64,000 bases of DNA from Candidatus Obscuribacteraceae bacterium. Lineage in GTDB: Bacteria; Cyanobacteriota; Vampirovibrionia; Obscuribacterales; Obscuribacteraceae. Where the stretch lies: positions 480,001 through 544,000 of the forward strand of contig JBGAHS010000007.1 of NCBI GenBank assembly GCA_044226015.1, written 5' to 3'. The translations under genes were made by a program, and so were the position numbers. A model generated the notes under the pieces. That model searched no databases. It saw nothing but the letters and a program-made list of their open reading frames with translations, and was not told the origin of the DNA. Shown in pieces: positions 8,207-16,650 of this stretch (its first letter is position 1; every line of letters begins with the position of its first letter).

Positions 8207-9646
8207 TTACACCTGTTCTTTCTTAATGGGGATTCTGAGTATGAAAGTTGAGCCTTTCCCGTACTCACTTTGGCAAGTCAGTGAACCATTAAGGGCTTTT
8301 GCGAGTTGGCTGCAAATTGATAAACCTAGTCCTGTGCCACCAGGTTGTCTGCCCGTGGCTTTTCCTCCTTGTACGAATGGTTGAAATATAAGGTTCAATT
8401 CGCTCTCTTCAATTCCGATTCCTGAATCGCTAATCGAGAACTGTAAGAACATATCATCGTATGGAACGGCTTTGATGGTGACATTGCCTTTCTCTGTGAA
8501 TTTCAGAGCATTGTGTATCAGGTTCGTGAGTATTTGTCGCACTTTAACCTGGTCACCGGTGTACAAGGGCTCTAGTGCTGGGGAAAGCTCCAAATCAAGT
8601 TGAAGATTCTTTTGCTCAGCCAGAGGTGCCATCTGTGTCTTCACATCATTGAGCATTTCTGAAACAGAGAATTTGTTGTCAGAAATGGTGAACTCACCTC
8701 GTTCAATCTTTGCAAAATCGAGAATTTCATTGACCAGTGCCAGCAAATTTTTTGCAGACTTGAAAATCATCGGTGCTAGTTCTTCGGTCGTTTGAGTATC
8801 TGGAGCCTGACAAAGAAGCTCAGCACCCGATACAATGCCCGAGAGAGGTGTTCGAATTTCATGGCTGACATTTGCAATGAATTGGGAACGCATTTGTACC
8901 GCTTGCTCCGAAACACGGTACATTTTCAACAGCTGCGTAGTAACGGCTTCAAGTGCTGAAGTTCTTTCTTCAACCTTGCGTTCTAGCATTTCTTCATTAA
9001 GCTTTCGTTCGGTCACGTCTCGCAGAATAGCAAGGCAAGCAGGCTTACCGCTCCATTGAATTTCTGTTACCCGCATTTCTGCAATCGAGCGATCTCCCTT
9101 AAGGTTAAGAAGATCAATTTCAGTTATGTCCCCACTCACAGCCGGGTAGCCAAAGTCTTCATTCAATTCGAGTTTATTTTGAAAGAATGCGGTAGCGGCT
9201 GGGTTCATATACAAAAGTTTGCCGTCTTCGTCTATCACGAGTATGCAGTCAGTGCATTTCTCGATAATGTTACGAACCTCTCCATCGCGCTGTCTAAGTG
9301 CTTTGCTGAGATTCTGCCGTTCAGCCAAATCACTTACTCTGGTTTCCAAAGTCTCAATTATGTTCAAAACCGACTCTTTGCTTTCTGTCGATTCCGTGAT
9401 TTTTAGAACAGGAATGTTCTTTCCACCAGTTAGAAGGTCTTTTCTGAGTTCCCATTGCTCACCAATAGCGGTGCTTAGAATGACTGCGTTGTAAGAATTG
9501 CTATCGAGATTTAAGGAGCCGTTGTGAAGCTGCTCTTCCGTGATGACATCGGCCAAAATATTCGCCGTTGCTGATAGCCGATCTCGAATCAGCCGCGCGT
9601 TACGCGCGTCAGCAGTCACTACAATCACTTTGTATGGTGAATTCAT
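8207..9646 (-). CDS. cytoplasmic histidine kinase: degenerate receiver - PAS - HisKA - HATPase_c
   Basis: H-box FIANVSHEIRTPL, N-box ILTNLIHNALKF, DSGIGI, GGTGLGL; PAS YMNPAA..RDVTERK; ATG at 9646, 10 nt after the kaiC stop. Confidence 0.92.
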   Translation of the reverse strand: MNSPYKVIVVTADARNARLIRDRLSATANILADVITEEQLHNGSLNLDSNSYNAVILSTAIGEQWELRKDLLTGGKNIPVLKITESTESKESVLNIIETLETRVSDLAERQNLSKALRQRDGEVRNIIEKCTDCILVIDEDGKLLYMNPAATAFFQNKLELNEDFGYPAVSGDITEIDLLNLKGDRSIAEMRVTEIQWSGKPACLAILRDVTERKLNEEMLERKVEERTSALEAVTTQLLKMYRVSEQAVQMRSQFIANVSHEIRTPLSGIVSGAELLCQAPDTQTTEELAPMIFKSAKNLLALVNEILDFAKIERGEFTISDNKFSVSEMLNDVKTQMAPLAEQKNLQLDLELSPALEPLYTGDQVKVRQILTNLIHNALKFTEKGNVTIKAVPYDDMFLQFSISDSGIGIEESELNLIFQPFVQGGKATGRQPGGTGLGLSICSQLAKALNGSLTCQSEYGKGSTFILRIPIKKEQV

Positions 9647-9656
9647 AGTGAGACCC

Positions 9657-11150
9657 TTACTCATCAAACATGTGGTCAAGTCGCGTGAGTTCATTTTGTG
9701 AGTGTTGAACCGGATTACCCGCCAGGATTCCCGTAACATTGAGGAATGGATCGCCGATGTGCATTCCATCATGATCAATGCTGAATTTTCTGATTTGTTT
9801 GTCGTGCATTGAACCTCGCATCTTCAGAACTGTGATGCCTCTCTGCATTTCTCCATTCAACTCAACGTAACGCAATAGAATGATGCTATCCGTGATTGTG
9901 GAAATGTGTGATTCCGTTATCGATGGTCCACCTAACAATGACGGAGTCGTCGAAGTGAGCAAACCTGCAATTTCTTTTTCTTTTAAGAATGAACTCAAAC
10001 TCAACACGAATTCTCTAAATGCCTTCGGCAGTGAGATTCGCTCGAGAGCTGAGAGGCTGTCTACAGCTACGCGGCTGGGCTTGAATTCTTTGATTGATTT
10101 TTGCATGTTATACAGATGTTCTTCGAGACTCGATGTTTCTGGATATTGGCATCGGACGGACAAAAGATTTTTCTGTTCCAATTCTTCAAAGTGCATTCCC
10201 CATCCGGTCGCGTTTCGGAAAAATTGGTCTTTACTTTCTTCAAAAGCGAAGACCATTGCTCTTTCACCTTTTACTGCAGCGCCATTAGCGAAGTGATTTA
10301 CCGTAAGCGATTTGCCTGTTCCGGTAGCTCCTGAAACTAATATGATGGAGTCTCGGAAGAAGCCGCCACCACACATAGAATCGAGCTCATCTACCCCACT
10401 GTGAATTCTCGTTGTGGAAGACCTCTGTGTAAGAGACATTGAAGAGAGTGGGCTAAATGTTAATCCTATGTCCTCGAGAATAGTGAAAGGGCATTCTCCC
10501 TTTTCGTGGTTAGAACCGCGAAACTTCAATATTTCGATTGTGCGCCTTCTTTTCTCCAAATCCAGCGGGTTGCGCAAGAGCACCACGTTGTCTGCGACAA
10601 ACTCCTCCACCCCAAACTGCGAAATGGCTCCGTAATCACTATTGCGTTCTGCTGTGACTATGGAAGTGACCCCGAGCTTTTTCAGCGCTGACACAATAGA
10701 GAAGAGCTCGCGTCTGACGAGCTGATTATTGTCCAGCTGTGAAAACAAAGCTCCCAGGGAATCAAAAGATAGTCTGGTGGCGTTAACTTCTTGTACCGCG
10801 TATTTTATTCGCGCGATAATTGCGGAGAGTTCAAAGTCACCGCTGATGTGGGTTTCCTCATCTAAGATTGGCGATATATCCACAAACGCCCACCTCTTTT
10901 CCTCTTCCCACTTCTTAATATCCCATCCGAAGGCGGCGAGATTATCGCGAATATCTTCAGGCGTCTCTTCAAATGTGACGAAAACACCATTCTCGTTAAA
11001 TCGTTCAATTCCCATAGCTAGAAACTGCGCAGCAAAAAGTGTCTTGGCACTGCCCGCAGTGCCTGCAACAAGAGTGGCTCTGTTGCGCGGCAAACCGCCA
11101 TGCGAAATATGATCAAAGCCCTCAATACCAGTCTTGAGTTTATTCGTCAT
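9657..11150 (-). CDS. kaiC: circadian clock protein KaiC (double RecA-like ATPase)
   Basis: CI GTAGSAKT/TFEE, CII GATGTGKS/AFEE; ITESHISTITDSIILLRYVE keeps the tandem S-T phosphosites (S417/T418 here); KMRGSMHDKQIRKF; A-loop-like GILAGNP and C-terminal tail. Confidence 0.96.
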   Translation of the reverse strand: MTNKLKTGIEGFDHISHGGLPRNRATLVAGTAGSAKTLFAAQFLAMGIERFNENGVFVTFEETPEDIRDNLAAFGWDIKKWEEEKRWAFVDISPILDEETHISGDFELSAIIARIKYAVQEVNATRLSFDSLGALFSQLDNNQLVRRELFSIVSALKKLGVTSIVTAERNSDYGAISQFGVEEFVADNVVLLRNPLDLEKRRRTIEILKFRGSNHEKGECPFTILEDIGLTFSPLSSMSLTQRSSTTRIHSGVDELDSMCGGGFFRDSIILVSGATGTGKSLTVNHFANGAAVKGERAMVFAFEESKDQFFRNATGWGMHFEELEQKNLLSVRCQYPETSSLEEHLYNMQKSIKEFKPSRVAVDSLSALERISLPKAFREFVLSLSSFLKEKEIAGLLTSTTPSLLGGPSITESHISTITDSIILLRYVELNGEMQRGITVLKMRGSMHDKQIRKFSIDHDGMHIGDPFLNVTGILAGNPVQHSQNELTRLDHMFDE

Positions 11151-11158
11151 TCAGCACC

Positions 11159-11449
11159 CTATGAATTTCCTGTACCATCATTTTCAGAGCAAAGGTCTAG
11201 CCTCTGTCTGATGAAATCCGTATCTCTGAGGTCACCAACTATTCGCCGCTTCGGTAGAGGTAGTGTTCTAACCAGCATTGGAGTAGCAAAAACCTTTTCC
11301 TTTTCGGCAATGTCCGGATTTTGAATTATGTCTACGATTTCGAACTCTATTGAGTCGCCATCGCAAATTGTTTTTAGATGATCAATAGCCCGGGCCGTCC
11401 GACTGGACGTCCCCGCGACATAAAGAATTAAGCGCTTTTTGCCTACCAT
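11159..11449 (-). CDS. kaiB: circadian clock protein KaiB
   Basis: LILYVAG.S.R..RAI..L..IC, IVDI..NPDIAE..KVFATPMLVRTLPLPKRRIVGDL; probable start MVGKK at 11449 (ORF track 11494). Confidence 0.95.
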   Translation of the reverse strand: MVGKKRLILYVAGTSSRTARAIDHLKTICDGDSIEFEIVDIIQNPDIAEKEKVFATPMLVRTLPLPKRRIVGDLRDTDFIRQRLDLCSENDGTGNS

Positions 11450-11625
11450 AATCATCAGGACACTTTTCCAAATATCCGCTAAATAGTACTCCATCGTTGA
11501 TGCAATTTTTTTGAATCGGTTCCGACTCTTTTATGCGTTTTTCATAAAACTTCGGCTAAGTTACTACAATCTATTAATAGGTAATTCTGATTGCTAAAAT
11601 TGAATAGTCTGAGCCCAAGCCATTG

Positions 11626-12432
11626 ATGTTTAAAGAAAACGATTCCTACCAACTCTCAGTTTTAATAGTTGATTCTGATTCATCAGATAGACGAGCGATT
11701 GTGCGCACCCTCGCTCAACTTGCGGATGAAGTCCAAATCACTGAGGGACAAACATGTCGTGAAGCCTATGAGCTACTCGTGTCAAAGCAATTCGACATTG
11801 CGTTAATTTGCCAGGACCTTCCAGATGAACTTGGTACCGATCTGCTCGTGCGTTTGAAAGATGAAGGACGATTAGATGCGCCTGTGATCTTGCTAACAAG
11901 TACAGATGACATTGGTGAGGAAGTTATTCGGCTAGGTGCCCATGAATTCATCAGCAAGCAGTCTCGAAGTTTACAGCAGTTCAAGAAATCCATTCGATAC
12001 GCTATTGAGAGGCACCGTCTGTGGCGCGAATTGGTGGAAACTAAATTGCGTTCCGCCAGAGAACGCGAGCTAAGCTCGTTTGAAGCACCTGACTCGAATG
12101 TAACCGTTCAACCTGATCAGAATGCGTTTGAAGAACAGTTTGATAATCTTGTCTCAGAGTATTCGCGAATATTTGAGGAATTTTCGTTGGATAATTCGTA
12201 CAAGAGAGAGCTGAAGGCATCGGCAGCTCTGGTACGAGCGTTCGCGGAGCGAGTAGGGCAAATTGGCTTGGGTCCAAAAGAACTTGTGAGTATACATAGG
12301 AAATATTTGCAGCAAGCTGTAGAAGGCAAATCTTCTTTGCGTGAACAATCGTTGATGAATGAGACGCGCTTTTTTCTACTTCAATTAATGGGAGAGTTGC
12401 TTCTGTATTATCGTGATCGCAAGAAGGACTAG
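11626..12432 (+). CDS. kaiA3: receiver-like domain fused to a KaiA-C-terminal-like helical domain (KaiA3-like)
   Basis: N-terminal REC fold (VLIVD, LPD, PVILLT, FISK). C-terminus LVSEYSRIF...GPKELVSIH...ETRFFLLQLMGELLLYYR parallels the KaiA Y..I / P..I..IH / R..L...L..L...YR pattern; divergent from kaiBC. Confidence 0.75.
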   Translation: MFKENDSYQLSVLIVDSDSSDRRAIVRTLAQLADEVQITEGQTCREAYELLVSKQFDIALICQDLPDELGTDLLVRLKDEGRLDAPVILLTSTDDIGEEVIRLGAHEFISKQSRSLQQFKKSIRYAIERHRLWRELVETKLRSARERELSSFEAPDSNVTVQPDQNAFEEQFDNLVSEYSRIFEEFSLDNSYKRELKASAALVRAFAERVGQIGLGPKELVSIHRKYLQQAVEGKSSLREQSLMNETRFFLLQLMGELLLYYRDRKKD

Positions 12433-12524
12433 CCGGAGTGTTGAACAAGCTGTTTTTGTTCCTGAAGTGAAATTTCTTGCAAGCAAGGTATGCTGTCCAA
12501 AAGTAACTGAGCAGTAGCCGCGGC

Positions 12525-13733
12525 TTGAAATCCGTTGCAGAAATTGGTACAACCACGTTTTGCCACTCGAGAGGCTGGGACCCGACTTTGAACATTTTCA
12601 AGATATGTTTGCTTTCCGCATCGATTCTATTTCTGCAAAATCAAGTTCCTTCATGGGCCGATGACACGTCTCCTGATGCTCCCGCCTCCGCAGAGAATGG
12701 CCCGCCGACTACGACAGATTCGAGTTCCATGAACCCGAATGAGCAAAATTCCGATGATGCCACTGCCGCTGCGTCTGCCCCAGATAATCCGGCTGATGTT
12801 GCGGCTTACTCTGGCGACCTGGGAACTTTAGAGAACCAGTTGTTTCACGCTAATTTTGCCTCTGAATCGATGCAATCGAGGCTTGATAGAATTGAGCGGT
12901 TAATTTATGGTACTGCTAAGAGTGGCACAGTAGCTGAGCGAATGAAAGAACTGCTCACTGATGTTCACATGCAGGCTCCGACTGCGAGCCCGCCTGCAAG
13001 CTCAGGGCCTGTCGCTGCTGCCCCCAGCTCAGCACCTGACGCCCCGTCTCAGAACACCCAGAATTACGAGACACAGTCCGAACAGCCGGAAAGTTCTCAA
13101 GGTAGCCAGTCTTATTATTATCCGTCCCAGAATGCTGCCGCTGGAGCCAATGGCTATCAAAACAGTGCTCAGGCTAATTCTATGACTGGGCAAGCCACTA
13201 TCAAGGGACCGCAAAAATCCTCATCTCTAAAGGCTGAAGTTTCGGCTATGGAAATGCAGGTATATCAAAAGACTTACAATGACAGTCTTAACAGTCGTGT
13301 CGCGCGCCTGGAACAAACAGTTTTCGCCAATCAGCCGCCCCAGCATTTTTCATCCTTACCGCTTCGAGTCAACAATTTGGCTTCTGCACTGCAACCGGCT
13401 TTTGCTCATCCTCAAAATCTATATGAAAGCACTCCTGTGCTGGCGACTTCCAAAGAATCAAAAAAGAGCGATGAAGAGAAGCAAAAGAATGGACATCCTT
13501 TCTTAAAGAAGTTGGGGGCTGAGTTAGCCAGGGGCGCTATGATGGCTGGTTCAATGGCTGGAAGCATGGCTGTATCAAGTATGATGAACGGTGGCTATAG
13601 CAATGGCTATGGTGGCTATGGCGGCGGCTATGGTGGCTACGGTGGCGGTTATGGAAACTACGGTGGCTATGGCGGTTACCCTCCGTTTGGCGGCGTGAGC
13701 AATTTTTCAGGACTGGCAGGAATGCATTTCTAA
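12525..13733 (+). CDS. secreted hypothetical protein with two RL.R.E..(I/V)(Y/F) repeats and a Gly/Tyr-rich tail
   Basis: Signal-peptide-like segment; SRLDRIERLIYG and SRVARLEQTVFA repeats; C-terminal GGYGGYGGGY. Confidence 0.75.
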   Translation: MKSVAEIGTTTFCHSRGWDPTLNIFKICLLSASILFLQNQVPSWADDTSPDAPASAENGPPTTTDSSSMNPNEQNSDDATAAASAPDNPADVAAYSGDLGTLENQLFHANFASESMQSRLDRIERLIYGTAKSGTVAERMKELLTDVHMQAPTASPPASSGPVAAAPSSAPDAPSQNTQNYETQSEQPESSQGSQSYYYPSQNAAAGANGYQNSAQANSMTGQATIKGPQKSSSLKAEVSAMEMQVYQKTYNDSLNSRVARLEQTVFANQPPQHFSSLPLRVNNLASALQPAFAHPQNLYESTPVLATSKESKKSDEEKQKNGHPFLKKLGAELARGAMMAGSMAGSMAVSSMMNGGYSNGYGGYGGGYGGYGGGYGNYGGYGGYPPFGGVSNFSGLAGMHF

Positions 13734-13794
13734 AAGCTTGCTAGATTTTCATACGCCACCCACCTAATTTTCTTAGCGTCTGTCTATTTGCTTG

Positions 13795-13822
13795 GGGACA
13801 TTTTAGGGACAAAGTAGGGACA
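13795..13822 (+). promoter_or_regulatory. three GGGACA direct repeats at exact 11-bp spacing upstream of the Tad-like operon
   Basis: GGGACA at 13795, 13806, 13817; 57 bp upstream of the ATG at 13879. Confidence 0.45.
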
Positions 13823-13878
13823 AGCTCGGCTCGTAGCTTCGATAACCTTTAAGCAGGTTAGTTAAGTGAGTTACGAAC

Positions 13879-14427
13879 ATGAATCTCAGGTCCACAACTT
13901 TAGCTTTTATTTTGAGTGCTCTGTCTTTGGCACCAGCACTTGCCTCAGGACAGGAATTTTGCCAGGCTGCTGTGATTTCTAATTTGGAAGCATGCATCCG
14001 AAAGAATCCGACCGATCTTCAAATGCGAAGACAATATGTACTCGAACTGGTCAAAGTCGGTAAGGCCAGGCAGGCTTCTGCTGAAATGGATGGGCTAATA
14101 AGAGCTGGACTTCGCAGCTCGGATGATTTTCGCTTGCTGGCTGATTGTTGCCGTTTTAGTGGCGAGCAGAGTAAAGCGATTCGCTACTACCAGGAGAGTC
14201 TGAGTCTGAATGCCGCTGATTCTCATGCATCAGCAGGAATGGCATTGAGCTACCTGTTAGCTGGTCAATCGCAAATTGCTTTGAAGGTTTGCAAAGATGC
14301 TCTTCCTCACTCGGTTGAAACTCAGGGACGTCGTGATTTGTTGAACGCTATGTCAAAAATAAATGAGTTTCAAAGAGAACGGACCATTGCTAAGCAGCCA
14401 AACAAGGCTGATGGTGTCAGTTTCTAG
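13879..14427 (+). CDS. secreted TPR protein (possibly TadD-like accessory)
   Basis: Signal peptide, TPR-like helices; first gene of the Tad-like cluster. Confidence 0.75.
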   Translation: MNLRSTTLAFILSALSLAPALASGQEFCQAAVISNLEACIRKNPTDLQMRRQYVLELVKVGKARQASAEMDGLIRAGLRSSDDFRLLADCCRFSGEQSKAIRYYQESLSLNAADSHASAGMALSYLLAGQSQIALKVCKDALPHSVETQGRRDLLNAMSKINEFQRERTIAKQPNKADGVSF

Positions 14428-14470
14428 GTCGTCTAATAGTTTCCGGGTCTAATAAGTAGGAGTTTGAAAA

Positions 14471-16090
14471 ATGATTGCTGTTACGCAAAAGCAAAGAAGT
14501 GAAAGAGGGCAAGCCGTCGCGCTTCCTATGCTGATGTTAGGGCTGATGGTGGTAATGGTTGTTGGCATGTTTTCGTTTGAGTTGGCCAGAACTGCGGTGG
14601 CTAGAGAGCAGCTTCGCACAGCCACCGAGGCGGCAGCACTTGCCGGAGCCGCCACCCTGGCTGGTTCGCCATCCACTGATATTTCCATTTCGCAGAAGAA
14701 TGCAATTTCGGCTGCCAAAGCGATGTTCAAGCAAAATGAAATCTTTGGTACTTCGTTAAAAAATACCACCGAAGGTTCAAGCAAGTTGCAAGCTGAACAA
14801 GCGAATTTGACTTTTCAATTCATAGACCCACAGAACAATAATGCACCAGTTGCCGCAGGTGACCCAAAGGGAAAAGCTCTCGAAGTGAAATCGGCTTATG
14901 GACTGCCATCAGTGGCTGGAAAGTTGATCGGATTGGGTAATGCAACTCTCCCTCTCGAATCAAGAGCCACCGGTGGCGTCGGGCAGCTCGACGTTGTGTT
15001 CTGTTTTGATTGTTCTGGTTCAATGAGATTTCACACTTTCACAACATCAGTTAAGAGAACATGGAATGCGACTACCGGAAAGATTGATTATGTCGAAACT
15101 TCGCATACCAGTTATAGTCCGAGTGGTGGCATGGAGCCACAACAACTTTACTCGTTAAACGCAGCGCTTCGTGGCGAAAACGATAATGCTAAACCTGGTA
15201 ATTTTCCTCCTGGAGTTGCAACAGACGATGGTTTCACCGATCAGGTCGTTAACTTCAATGAGCAAAACAGCTTTTCGAGTACATCTGAAGGTGGTTTTGA
15301 TTTCCCTAATGTGGCGGTTCTTGTCGAAGCTTCGAGGGGAAATCTTGAGAGCGATGCCGTTTTTCAATCCAGCGGTGCCAACACAACCCTTCGTGGAATA
15401 GTCACACCAAAAGCCGGTTACCAGGCTAAGTATTTCGAATTGGCTCGCAAGCACACGCATCCATGGGCAGAGGCTGAGTCTGCTGCACAAGAGTTCTTTT
15501 CTCTGATGAGCAATAACACCAGAGCTCATTTTGGTCTGGTGGCATTTAACCAGGCTGCTGGTCAAAACGAACAAACAAAATTTAATGACATGCGTGTCGG
15601 ATCTGGCTATCCACAAGGTGGCGCTAAAGATTTCCCCTTGCCTGCAATCTCGTTGAAACCTGAGCAAGATAAAACAAATGCTAATGAAGTAAAGGCTGCA
15701 GTCGGAACCCTTGTTCCAGACGGTAATACCAATATTGGTGCCTCGATAGAAAGAGCAAATAGAATGTTTGAAGATAAGACAAGCCGTCCTAATGCGAAGC
15801 GCGCAATCGTATTATTTACAGATGGAACTCCATCACAAGGACAACCTCTAAGTGGAGACCCTCTACAAAATTGCCGACTAGCTGCTCAGCAGTCAAAACA
15901 AAAGGGCGTTGCGATTTACTCTGTTGGTTTAGCGCTTGACCCTTCCGAACTCCAGAGTCAGAAAAGTGTTTTGACAATGATCACCAATACAGCAGGAAAT
16001 GGCGGTCAATTCTTTCAAGTAACCAACGCATCGAATTTGAATAGAGCGTTCGGCGCAATCGCAAGAAATCTAACCCAAATTGTTCAGTAG
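14471..16090 (+). CDS. TadG-like pilus protein with vWA domain
   Basis: ERG/QAV prepilin-like N-terminus, QLRTATEAAALAGA Tad motif, MIDAS DCSGS, GNTNIG, LFTDG. Confidence 0.88.
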   Translation: MIAVTQKQRSERGQAVALPMLMLGLMVVMVVGMFSFELARTAVAREQLRTATEAAALAGAATLAGSPSTDISISQKNAISAAKAMFKQNEIFGTSLKNTTEGSSKLQAEQANLTFQFIDPQNNNAPVAAGDPKGKALEVKSAYGLPSVAGKLIGLGNATLPLESRATGGVGQLDVVFCFDCSGSMRFHTFTTSVKRTWNATTGKIDYVETSHTSYSPSGGMEPQQLYSLNAALRGENDNAKPGNFPPGVATDDGFTDQVVNFNEQNSFSSTSEGGFDFPNVAVLVEASRGNLESDAVFQSSGANTTLRGIVTPKAGYQAKYFELARKHTHPWAEAESAAQEFFSLMSNNTRAHFGLVAFNQAAGQNEQTKFNDMRVGSGYPQGGAKDFPLPAISLKPEQDKTNANEVKAAVGTLVPDGNTNIGASIERANRMFEDKTSRPNAKRAIVLFTDGTPSQGQPLSGDPLQNCRLAAQQSKQKGVAIYSVGLALDPSELQSQKSVLTMITNTAGNGGQFFQVTNASNLNRAFGAIARNLTQIVQ

Positions 16091-16118
16091 TTTGAAATAC
16101 ACCAAAAGGAATTACAAA

Positions 16119-16646
16119 ATGTTCAGTCGCAAGAGAAATTCAAAAGGGAGTTCGATTCTGGAATTGCCAGCAGCATTGTGGTTAACATTGGTTGTCTTCC
16201 TATTGCCCCTCATGTCCCTCGCTTCCATAACCTTGCGTTGTACGCTTTTGAATGTGGCAGTTCTAGAGTCGGTTCATGCAGCATCAAAGGCACGGACATT
16301 CGAACAAAGCAGTGACGAGGGTGCTTCCGCTATTCAGTTAGCAGACCAAGCCTTCGAAAGATATGTCAAAGCTTTTCCAGGACTTGATGCGGACAAAGTA
16401 AAGTTGCGCATCGTCAGCACCGATATTAAGTCTGGTGCAATAAGCAGCACTAATGAGAAGCTAAAGAACCCAGCTGACAGTTCTGGTTTTGTGTATCAAG
16501 TCGAAGGTGATTGCACAGGAAAAATTGAGCCCGTGTTTGCCATGAGTCGGGACATACTCGGTGATATTCCGGGACTGTCCTCGGCAATGAAAGTTAGCTT
16601 CAGTGCTAGAGAAATGTGTGAGAACCCCCAGGGGTTAAATCGTTAA
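16119..16646 (+). CDS. TadE/TadF-like pseudopilin
   Basis: KG/SSILE prepilin motif (G, +5 Glu) followed by a TM helix; AAAGGA RBS before ATG 16119. Confidence 0.8.
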   Translation: MFSRKRNSKGSSILELPAALWLTLVVFLLPLMSLASITLRCTLLNVAVLESVHAASKARTFEQSSDEGASAIQLADQAFERYVKAFPGLDADKVKLRIVSTDIKSGAISSTNEKLKNPADSSGFVYQVEGDCTGKIEPVFAMSRDILGDIPGLSSAMKVSFSAREMCENPQGLNR

Positions 16647-16650
16647 AAGA

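Noticed and set aside
9647..9778. N-terminal extension of the histidine kinase given by the ORF track
   Set aside because: It overlaps the kaiC 3' end by >120 bp; the ATG at 9646 gives normal operon spacing
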